Position numbers and translations under genes: made by a program | Origin: Eledone cirrhosa | Taxonomy: Eukaryota | Direction: 5' to 3' | DNA length: 64,000 nucleotides | NCBI GenBank assembly: GCA_964016885.1 | Contig: OZ024744.1 | Location: forward strand, 53,196,001-53,260,000 | Shown here: positions 45,364 through 57,000 of the stretch, piece by piece | How positions within the stretch are numbered: the stretch's first letter is position 1 | Layout of the letters: each line of letters opens with the position of its first letter | The notes under the pieces: generated by a model | Seen by the model: the letters and a program-made list of their open reading frames with translations, nothing else | Told to the model about the DNA's origin: nothing | The model's database searches: none

Positions 45364-48140
45364 GATTTCTTTATTGGCCACAAGGGCTGACATCAAGAAA
45401 AACATTACAGACGGCACAGGACGGTACAGGACGGTATGATGTGGGTTTTGTGGGTGTAAAATTTTTTATTATTTATATAAGAAAAGAAAAAAAAAGACAT
45501 AGAAACATATATATATATAAACAATAAAAATGAAAATTGGAACAATGAAAATTTCCCCAATAGGGGGGAAACGACCGAGGGTTACTCGTGGCGAAAACCA
45601 CACAAAAGACCACGGCCACCCTGACCACCAGGGCAAGCGCCCTCTCTCAATTTTTCTATTTCTCAAACTGCAGACGTATATTCAGAGCGGTCCCGTTCAC
45701 TCGGACCATTCTCGCTACATTCACCCACCTTTCATCAAACGTGCTAGAAGGCAGCACTAGCCTCTCCACCCTGATTTCCCTCCGTAAAAGGACGGCAACC
45801 CCTTCCAAGATGACCCAAGGCCACGTGCATTTATACTGCCTATTCTGAGTACGGCCATGTTGGATGAGAAACGGGGCAAGAGAGAAAGGGTCTCTTACCT
45901 TGATCGTGTGGTGAAGGGACAGTAGAACCGTCCCTTAGGCTGATCATGGGTGTTTCCAAGAGGATATCAGTGTATATCCTCTTGGTAACCGACCCATTGA
46001 AATCCCCAACTTAGTTGGGGTATTATTGTTTTAAAGGTTTCTACTATTCTATTGAGATTTCAATGATGCTTATTTTTGTCGGGAGAGTTCTTGGTGTTGG
46101 TGGGGTGTAGTAGGTTTTTTTCTGTGGTGTCTGTGTGCTGCTTTATATATTTTATGAGTTCTTTTTTTGCCATGTTTATGGCTGTGTACTTTTGTGGGGG
46201 AGGGGTGATTTTGTTGCTGTTTTCTTCTTGTTGCTGTTGGGTGTGTGTGTTTTGTTTTGTTTGCGTTGTTGGTGTTTTTGGTGATGATGGTGGTGTTGTG
46301 GTTGTTGTTGGCGGTGGTGCTTGTGGTGGTGATGGTGATGGTGGTGGTGTTGCTGCAAGTTTCCCTGCTGCCTTTACCCCTCTTTGTGTGCTTTCGCTTT
46401 TGGGGGGTGAATCTAAGGGGGTTTTCTTTTTTTATTTTGTAGCTGACCGTTTGCCACTTCATTCCCGCCTGAGAATCCATGTCGGATTCCATGGCATCTG
46501 GGAGGGGTATGTGCTCCACGGCTGTTGGTGGTGGTAGTGGAGCCCTTTTCGGCGATTTTGTTGCTGGTGCAGCTACTGCAAATGTAGCTATTGGTGTTGC
46601 CGCCACTGATGCTGCTGCTTTAGTTGTCGTGGCCTTGGTACGGGTGCTACGGACGTTGACCTCCTACACATCGTGGAAGGGGCTTCTGCGTTTGTTGCCT
46701 GCCCTGCTCTTGGTAGCAGCGGACCAGGTATTGGAAGGAGGGGGCCCACTTCTTCGGTGTCTTCTGCCGGCAAAAGGGCCTTGCGTGACCCTTTGACCCA
46801 CAGAGATAACATTTTGGCCGTCTTCCTTCTACGCGTATAGGAAGATGGAGTCCTTCCTCGAGGTCTATGATATCGGGGATAGCGTCGATACATTCCTGGT
46901 CAGTTTGTATAAGCATTTGCATGCCTATACCTGTCCAGTTCTCTCTCCCTATTTTCTCTACTTGCAGCATGGTCGTCCTGTCCTCGATTCCAGCAAAGAC
47001 AGACGTGGCCAGCCAAGGTATGAGCACGTCGGGTGGGACCTGGGTCACTTTGACCCTCACAATTTTTCGCCCGCAGTAGGAGGGCACCGAGACTATCTCC
47101 ACACTCTTTAGGGTTTCCAAAGAGTGAGAATTTGCTTCCTGGGGGGTGGCGAAAAGTACGTCTACTGTGGCGTACTTTCTGCCTCGGGTGATGTGGTTTT
47201 TGCGTGCCCAGACGCACCCCAAGGCCTTTGGGATTTGAGCCTCCGTGGCTCTCTCCACCTGATGTGAGAATTTGCTTACGGTGCGGTAAGTCACCGTCCG
47301 TAGCTGCTGGTCCTCGAAAAAATCGGGTGGAGGTTTCAGGGAAACTCTATTGGCGCTTCTCGTCACCATGGTCCTTGCGACTGCCATCTCCTCCTCTGTG
47401 ACTAACACTGTCTCGATATTTCGGGCGACACCTGCAAAAGAAGTGGTCCCTTTTTCAGCGGCACCACTATTGCTGTCGCTACTGTCTTACTGGTGGTGCT
47501 GAGATCGCTGTTGCAGGTATCGATGTCATTGTTGATGTTTTCGTTGGTACTGTTGTTGTTGTTGTTGTTGTTGTTGTTTTCGTTGATACTGTTATTGTGG
47601 CTGTTATTATTATTGTTGTTTTTGTTGATACTGTTCCTACTATTAATGTTGTTGTGGCTGTTGTTATTGTAATTGTTATTGTCGTTCTGGACCTTACCGC
47701 TGTTGTTTTTGTTGTTGCTGTTGTTATTGATGGTGTTGTTGTTGGTGTTATTGTTGGTGTTGTTTGTGTTAGAAATATTTGGTGATTTTAAATCTGTAAC
47801 AATCCTCTTTCCCTTCATAATATTTTCGTTTATATTTACCTCCGCTGGAACGTTGTCTTGTTGACATGCTGATAAAGTCACCCTCTCTATGTGCTGTCTA
47901 ACAGCGGTCTCTCTCTTTCTTGTGTTATCCATGTTGAAATTTTTTTTTTTTTAAATATTTTTACACAAATACGATACCCCGTAAAGGGGTGCCGTATTTT
48001 TTACGTGTGAACCCCTATATTAGGTGGGTCATTTCTTCTAAACTTTTATCAAATTTAAAACTTGATAAAAGGTTTAGAAGGGTTGAAAACGAGGTAAAAC
48101 GTTGAAAAAAACAGGAGACGATAAGAAGCGCGGCTTCACC
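45364..48140 (-). mobile_element. Tx1-clade LINE E9, ORF2-deleted derivative with full-length but disrupted ORF1
   Basis: ORF1 from ATG 47932 to ~45890; ORF2 start MAVLRIGSINARGLGSSWK (45858-45803) joined to only the last ~40 codons. Confidence 0.9.
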
Positions 48141-48158
48141 AACAATAATAATAATAAT

Positions 48159-51100
48159 GCTTTCTTTATTAACCACAAGGGTTTACATAAAGTAGACATT
48201 AAGGACAGTACAGGACAATACAGGACGGTACAAATGGGCATTTCTGCGTGTAAAAAAAACAAAGGAAGTAATAAAAAATAACAATGAAAAATTCCCCAAT
48301 AGCGGGAAGACTTCCGAGGGACATTTGTGGAGAAAGCCCATTAAAAGGCCACAGTGACCCTGACCACCAGGGCAAGTGCCCTCACCCAGTTTTCCACCTT
48401 TAATTTACAGACACATACTCAGAGTAGGCCCATTCATTCGGGCCATACTTGCTTCTCTCACCCATCTTTCAACAAAATGCTGGGAAGAGAGCACTTCCCT
48501 CTCTACCCTGATTTTCCTTTTGAAATGAAATTTGAAAAAGTTAATCAGGGCATCACCGAAGAGGTAAGTGCTCGTCTTCAGCCCTTTCAAACGTGTCCAC
48601 CATACTATCTCTTTCGCCATGGCCACCAGACAGATAAAAACTGCCTGCCCTTCACGGCTTAGGAAGAGGGCGGGGAAATCCTTACGATGGACTCAGCTGA
48701 TAGCCGGATCTGTCCCACACGTGACAGCAGGTGTTCGACATAAACCCACAAGTCAGCAATGCTCGGAAACTGGACGAATACGTGCAGGACGGTTTCGTCA
48801 CTCTGCGTGCATCTCGGACATGCCCGGCTGATGGCAACTCCATGCCTGTAGAGTTTATCCCGAACTGGCAAAGCTCCTCGGTAGCACTGCCAGGCCAGGG
48901 ATTTTTAGAAATTGTCCATAGGCCTCGGCCCGAAAGTCCTTCCGAAGAGATTGGCTAGTTGATTTTCGTCGACGCCTAGAGTTTCTCCAAGTACGTCGTC
49001 GCTTTCCCCTCCACTAATCCTCTATAGAACGCCAAGGTGGAGTTTCCACAGATCACATTGCCCGATTGGTCGAGGGCTGTGAGCGCCTGAAGACATTCCA
49101 GTCTCCAAGCGCTCCCTCTCGGTCTTCGCTTGACCCAGGACTGCAGCTCCGTCATTGAGACGAGCTGGGGAAAGACGTGTCTAGCAAACGGCGACCACAC
49201 CTGATCACCGTCGAGGAAGAGGTGGAGATGTCGTAGCCTGAGCGCGTGTCTGCGCATCATCAGCCACGGCATGCCCAGCCCTCCAGGTAGCGGGTGTTGA
49301 CAGCAGATGGACCGCCTGACCATCGGAGCGCGTCACTTCCACAAAAAGCGAAAGAGCAAACGCTCCAGCGCAGTCAGGCGAGGCTTAGGACAATGTACGA
49401 CGGTCAGGCGGTAGTAGATGACGGACGCGATTTACGCGTTGGCCACCTCCGCCCGACCTTTAAGGGATAGCTTCCTCTCCGCCCATTTCTGGGTGAGAGA
49501 AGCCACCCTGCTCGTCACCTCGTCACAGTTTTTGTCCGTCCGGAGGTCCGGACCGAACCAGGCCCCTAGCAATTTAACCGGTCTGTCCGCCCAGCGCCCA
49601 ACGACGCTGTTGGACGGCATGGACCTGCCTCTCCAGGTGCCGAGCTGCAGGCCCACTGACTTTTCCTGGTTGATCACTGCTCCTGTCACCGCTTCGTATT
49701 CTTTTAGTGTAGTGCCAATCGCCTCTATGTGTTTGGCGTTCGATACAACTACGGTGACATCGTCCGCATATGCTAACACAGATCTTCCACATTCTGGTTC
49801 GCGCGGGACCCCCCTCAACGTCTCCAGTTTGTGCAGTAATGGCTCGAGAGTCAATACGTACAAGAGGGACGAGAGGGGACATCCTTGGTGGACCGAGCGC
49901 ATGATGTTGAACGGTTCCGAAAGGTGACCCTTCACTCTGACAACACAGCAGATGTCGCTGTGCATGGCAGTGATCCAGCCTCTGAAGACGGGCCCAAAGC
50001 CAGCCGCCCTCAGGACTGCCGCTAGGTAACGATGGTCGAACATATCGAAAGCTTTCGACTGATCTAAATTGATCAAGGACCCACCCGTGCCAGGTTCCCT
50101 AGCTACCCTCTCTACGATGTATCACATGAGGTGGAGGTTGTCGTGGATGGATCTGTCGGGAATGGCGCACGTCTGCGCTTCTCCCACCGGACCACCAACG
50201 ACAAGCGCCAACCTCTTTGCTAGAACCTTGGCCAAAATCTTGAACTCTGTGTTTAGCAGCGTTATGGGCTTGAAATTATCTATGTTATCCCCCTTGTTTG
50301 GATCCTTTCTCAGCAGCACCACAGCTCCTCGGCTCACAGAGCTAGGAATTCTCCCGTTCTGTTGCCAGTTGCAGTAGACGTCCGCCAAGAGGCCTCCGAA
50401 CAAGTCTGGCATCTGTACGTAAAATTCATAGGGCAGAACATCTAAATAGGCGATTTAACCCTTGTGCAGCCAGTGATTGCCTCCCGTACTTTAGCGGCTG
50501 TTATCGGCTTTTCGCAACACTCCGCCTCAGTGGCCGAGAGCCGTGGCAGTCCGTCGAGGTAGACACTAAAGTCCATCCCAAGATCCGGCCCACCGCTACT
50601 CCGAACAGCTGTGCGAAGTGTCGTTGAAAAGCTTCACATATTTGCCCGGGATCGAGTAGCATGCGCCCGTCGTGGTCCACCAAAGACCAGATCGTGGCTT
50701 TGTTGCCACGACGCGCCTCCGCCACTCGGGCCCATTAAACGGCTTTCGTCCCCTCGTGTCTGAGAGCACGCACCATAGTTCTGACAACGCAACCTTCGTG
50801 CTTTGCATTGAAGAATTGGTCTAGGGCCAATTTCGCCGCAAGCACGTCGGTCGCGCTCCCTTAACTAAGCGCCTCCTCTAATTTTCTAACTAATTCTCCC
50901 TCTGCTCTATTTTTCTCTATTGCTAAAGCCTTACTAAACCTAATGGACTCTATTCTAATTGCTCTTTTCAGAGCAAACCACCACTTGTTGTTGACGATGG
51001 CTCCAGTCAACGCCCGCTTAACTAGTTCGCTAATCCGGTCTCTGTAGGCTTTGCGCGCTGGTAAGGACGCGTTTAGCTTCCAGTAGCCGGGTCCTCGTCT

Positions 51101-54008
51101 ATGAAGCCTATCTAAGTCAAGCACACAGATCACGAATGTGTGGTCCGTGTAGCTGACTATCTTGAATAATGGACAGCGTATGCTAGACCTATCTATTTCC
51201 CTACAAAATACTCTATCTAGATATGATCTAGATGACCCTATGCTATTTGTCCAAGTCCACATTGGCACATTCTGGAAATCCAATCGGTACCTGTCAGACA
51301 GTTCAAAACGCCTGAGCAGGTTGGTGAGGCTCTTGCACCCTCCTCCCCTATCAACTATTCTCACACAGTCCCAGCGTGCATCTAAGATCCCGTTCCAGTC
51401 GCCCACTAACACTAAAGAGCGGGACGTTCCCAGAAAGGTCGCCACACCCCGGAAGAAATCAGGCCGCCCTGCTCCTGTCGGGGCATAGACGGCCACTAGC
51501 CTGAAAGCTTGCCCATCTCCGCTGGTCACGTCCAGCACCACCAACTTACCTTCTGGGTCCAGGAAGATGGCCCGTATGGCGAGATCCAAACCTCTCCGAA
51601 AAAGCACAGCAACTCCTCCCCCGATCCCGGACGGCTGGGGGATGCGTACACATCGTAGCCGCCGAAGATCGATGCGAAGGCGCGTGCTTCGGAGTTTCTG
51701 GTCTCGCTGATGGCCACTACATCTACGTTTAGTGACCTGAGGTTGTTGAGCGGGTGGCTCTGCTTCCATGACGACCCCAAGCCATGCGCATTTATGCTGC
51801 CTATTCTGAGTGAGGTCATGTTGAAATGGAGTGGAAAAGATGGGAAAGACCACTTACGTTACTTTTCGTAGAGGAAGGATGGTTTGTCCATCCTTTTCAC
51901 TGCTTGTGACCTCCTCCAGAAGGATGTCCTTATAAATCCTCCTGGAGAGTGTTTGTCGGAAGTCTCCGATGTCTTTGGGGAATTTTTGTTTTAGTGTCGT
52001 GTACTTTTTCTGTGTGATGCGAGTGATTTGTATGTGTGGAAGTCGTGTGAACTTTTGGGTTGTTGTGTAATCTTTTTCTGTGATGCTGGTGTTGTGTTGC
52101 ATGTAGTGTAATAATTGGTTGTTGTTCAAATTTAATGCTGTGTATCGTTTCGGTTGTTTTGTTTTGTTTGCGTTTGTTGTGGGTTTGTTTCTGTTTCGCT
52201 TTTTGGTGACTTTTGTGGTGTTGGTGATGGTAGTGTTTGGGTTAATGATGGTGATGGTGTTGGTGTTTGTGGTGATAGGGTTTGTGATGCTGGTGTGGAT
52301 GGTGGCATATCTGTCCTAACATTTTTGTTTGATAGTTTATTTGTTTCATTCTGTATTTTTTTTTGGAGGGGGAGGGAAGAGAACTTTTTCTTTTTTGGTT
52401 TCTTTTTTTCTTTTTTCCTGATACCGTTTCCCACTCCTGGTCGTCACAATCTGTCTCCAGTTGTGATAGGCCGGGGAGTTCAAAATTCTCGACAGGCGTT
52501 GGTTTTTGTTGTGGCGTGGTGGATGGTGTAGGTGCTGTTGCTAGTTCTGACGCGTTGGGTGGTGGTGGTGTTGATTTTGCTACTGTTGCTGGGGTTGTTG
52601 CTGTTACAGTTGCTTCTGTTGTTGCTGCCATCTCTGCTGCTGGTGGTGTTGATGGTTGAGTCACTGGGGTGGGTAAGAGAGGTGGCCTCAACCTTTTAAC
52701 CTGAGGGCAGAAAGCCCTTAGGTGGGTTCCTTCACCACAAACGACACACCTAGGCCTTCTGCCCTCGACAATTACGGTGAAGTGGCTGTCGTCAGTGAGG
52801 TCTATTACCTCTGGGATCTCTTCAATGCTTTTTTGGTCCGCTTGGATCAGGAGCTCCATCCCAAATCCGGACCAGTTCTCCTGCTTTTCTTTCGCTATTT
52901 CGATTATCTTTGTGTTGGCTTCGATTCCGGCGAGGACGGCCGCTATCATCCCGGGAATTTCGATGGCCGGTGGAACGTGGGTGACCCTGATCTTTACGAG
53001 TCTCTGGCCACAATATATTGGGACGAGTGTGAAGTCGTCACTTCTTAATGGGGCCATGGAGTGTTCTCTAGCCTCCTGTGGTGTTTCAAAGAACACGTCC
53101 ACGGTTCCATATTTCTGCCCACGTCTGATGTGGGTTTTTTTGGCCCACACATGTCCCAAAGCTTTTTGGATTTGGGACTCGGATGGCCGTTCCACTCGCG
53201 CGATTTTATATTAATTGTTCGATAAGACACGGTGCATAGGCGCCGATGCTCCATTTTATTAGGTGGCGCGGGGGTGGGGCTGAACCTGTACCCATCTTTC
53301 TTTACCATTTTTTTGGCTTCTTCTGATTCCTCCTGAATTACCTGAAAAGCTTCGCACTGTTTTGCTACTCTGGCAAAACTCAGGGTGGTTTTCTTAATTT
53401 CATTGTTGCCGTTGTTGTTATCGTTATTTTTTTTATTATTCTTTTTAGTTTCAGTTGTGGTGGTGGTGGCGTCAGTGGTGTTCGGTGTGGAAGAGTTCAT
53501 TTTGGTTGAATTCATTTCGATATCACGAGTTACTTTATTTTTTTATTTTGTTTCTGTTGTTGCGGTGGTGGTAGGGTGGTGGTTGTCGCGGTGGTGGTGG
53601 TGGTGGTGGCGGCTTTGACACCTGCAGTCATTGGTAATGGCGGGAAATGAATATCTGCCTGAGACAAATTTAAAATATTGCTACTGCTTATATTTTTAGT
53701 GTTGGCAAACGTAGTAATATTTACAATGGTTGTGTCGGTGTGAGGTGTTAGTTTGTGATGAAGGCTGTCAGCTTCGTGTGGCTGTGAGTCGTCCATGTTT
53801 TTTCAAATAAAGTTTTTTTTTTATAATTACAAATTTTAAATTTTGGGCTCAAGGCCCCGATCTTTTTGAGTGTCCTTTTCGGAAAACAATGGATGTGCAC
53901 TTATGTACAGTTAACAATAAAAATATTCCATTAATGGCAATTTTAAACAAACGAAAACAACAAACCTTTGCGGAGTTCACGATGATACGATTTACTACGT
54001 GAGTCGCC
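48159..54008 (-). mobile_element. Full-length degenerate Tx1-clade LINE E10
   Basis: ORF2 (ATG 51819 to 48405) and 3' UTR close to E7; ORF1 (ATG 53796 to 51854) divergent, CVVCGEGTHLRAFC; AAT tracts at 48144-48158 and 54009-54041. Confidence 0.9.
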
Positions 54009-54041
<33 letters not shown>

Positions 54042-57000
54042 TGTTTCTTTAATGCCCACAAGGGATGACACGAAGAAAAACATTAGAGACGGCACAGAAC
54101 AGTACAGGACGATACACATTGGGTGTTGGTCGTGTAAACAGGTTATAACAAAATCAGGCTAGAAATCCAAAAAAATTCAAACAACAAAAATTCCCCAAGA
54201 AGGGGAAACCTCCGAGGGTCACTCGTGGCGAAAAACCACACAAAATACCACAGCCACCCTGACCACCAGGGCAAGTGCCCTCTCTCACTTTTCCCACTCC
54301 TCAGTCTACAGGCGTATACTGAGAGTTCACTCTGACCAGATTCGCCACTTACTCCCACCTTTCAATAAACTTCCTTAATGACAGCACTTGCCTCTCCACC
54401 CTGATTTTCCTCTTCAAGTGAAACTTGAAAAAGTTCATCAGGAATTGGCTAGAGAGGGAAGTGTCCGTCTTTAACCCTTTCAACCTTGTCCACCACACAA
54501 TCTCTTTCACCATGGCCACCAGGCAGATGAAAACTACCTGCCCTTCCTCCTCTTTAAAGGAGGATGCCGGGGCTATCAGCACAATGGACTCAGTCGGACT
54601 AACCGGATCCGTCCTATACGCAACAGCAGCTGTTCAATATAGTGCAGGACGGTTTCGTCACTCTGCGCGCATCTAGGACAGGCTCTGCTGAGATCATCTC
54701 CGAGCCTGTAGAGCTTATCCTAAACCGGCAACGGACCCCGGTAAAACTGCCAGGCCAGGGGTTTCTGGAAGTTGTCCATAGGCCCCGGTCTGAAAGTTCT
54801 CTTGAAGAGAGCGAACAGCTGATCGTCTTCGACACTCAGGCTCTCCCCGAGAACGTCGTCGCTCTAGCCCTCTATAGAACGCCGATGTTGATGTTCCACC
54901 GATACTAGTACGCAGCTAGTAGGTGGCGGTGCCGCTTGGAGACATTCCAGCTTGCAAGCGCTAACCCTCGGTCTTTTCCTGATCCAGGACTGCAGCTCTG
55001 TCAAGGAGACGAGCTGGGGAAAAGCGCACCTGGCAAACGGCGACCACGCCTGTTCACCGTCAAGGAAGCACCAGAGATGTCGCAGCCTCAGCGCATGTTT
55101 GCACATCATCAGCCACGGCATACCTAGTCCTCCACGCAAATGAATCGTCTGACCATGGGAGCACGTCCCTTTCCACAAAAAGCGGAAGAGGAGGCGTTCC
55201 ATTTTGGTCAGAGTTGGGCGGGGGCAAGGTACGACGGTGAACCAGTAACAGATGACGGACGCTATCTACGCATTCGCTACCTCTGCCCGACCTTTCAGAG
55301 ACAGCCTCCTCTCGGCCTATTTCTGAGTGAGAGGGGCCACCCTGCTCGTCACCTCACTCCAGCTTTTCTCCATCTGGAGGTCCGGACCGAACCAGACCCA
55401 AGCAATTTAACCGGTCCTTCCGTCCAGTGCCCCACGACGCTGGCGGACGACATGGACCTGCCTCTCCAGTTTCCGAGCTGCAAGCCCACCGACTTTTCCT
55501 GGTTTATCTTTGCTCCTGTCACCGCTTCGTATTCCTTGAGAGCGGTGCCAAGCATCTGGACGTGTTTGGTGCTCGACACCACCACAGTGACGTCGTCGGC
55601 GTAAGCTGACACGGATATCCTGCATCCCAGTTCGCGTAGGATTCCCCTCATGGTCTCCAATTTGTGCAGTAATGGCTCGAGGGCCAATACGTACTAAAGG
55701 GACGAGAAGGGACAGCCCTGGTGGACTGAGCGCATGATGCTGAACAGCTACGACAGGTGACCATTCACCCTCACAATCGAGCAGATGTCGCTATGCATCG
55801 CAGCGATCCAGCCCCTAAAACGGGCCAGGAACCGTCTGCTTCGCGGACCGCAGCTAGGTCCTAATGGTCGACCCTATCAAATGCTTTAGATTGATCCAAA
55901 TTGATCAGGGCCCCACCCGTGCCAGGTTCCTTAACCACCCTCTCTATCATGTATCGCATGAGATGAGGTTGTCGTCGATGTATCTGTCCGGAACGGCGCA
56001 TGTCTGCATCTTTCCCACCAGATCACCGAATTCAAGCGCTAATCTCTTTGCTAACACCTTGGCCAAAATGCTGAACTCTGCATATAGCAGAGTTTTGGGG
56101 CTGAAGTTGTCTATAATGTCCCCCTTGATCGGTTCTTTTCTCAGCAGCGCCACCGGTCACCGGCTCACAAACCTGGGAATGCACTCGTTCTGCTGCCAGA
56201 TGCAGTAGACCTCTGCCAAGAGGTCACCGAACAAGTGGGGCATGTACGCAAGAAGCTCATAGGGCAGACCATCCAAACCTGGCGATTTACCACTCGTGCA
56301 GTCAGAGATCGCTTCCCATATTTCACTGGCTGTTATCGGCTTTTCGCAGTACTGCACAGCGGTCGTCGAGAGCCGGGACAGTCCGTCTAGGTATGCACCG
56401 AAGTCCATACTCCGATCCGGCCCGCCGCTCCCGAACAATTGAGCAAAGTGCTGTTGAAAAGTCGCACACAACTGCTCGGGTTCGAGCAACATGAGCCCGT
56501 TTTGATCAGGCAAAGACCGAATTGTGGATTTGTTGCCACGTCGGGCCTCCTCTGTGACTAACACTGTCTCGATATTTCGGGCGACACCTGCAAAAGAAGT
56601 GGTCCCTTTTTCAGCAGCACCACGTCGGGCCCCCACTACCCGGGCCCATTGAACGACATTCGTCCTCTTATGTCTCAGAGCACGCACTGTAGCTCTGATA
56701 ACGCAGCCTATGCGTTGAATCTCGCTGCAAGCAGGTCAGTTGCGATAACTGTCCTAAACTTCTATCTTTCTAACTAGTTCTCCCTCTACTCTATTTTCCT
56801 CTATCCATACTCCTTTGCTAAACCTTATCGATTCTACTCTAATAGCCCTTTTCAGGGTAAACGCCCACCGGTTGTTGATGATCGCACCCGTCAGACAGTT
56901 CAAAACGTCTAAGCAGGCTGTTGAGGCTTTTACACCATCCTCCTCTGTCTAATAACCCAACATATTCCCAGCGTGCATCCAAGATACTGTTCCAGTCGCC

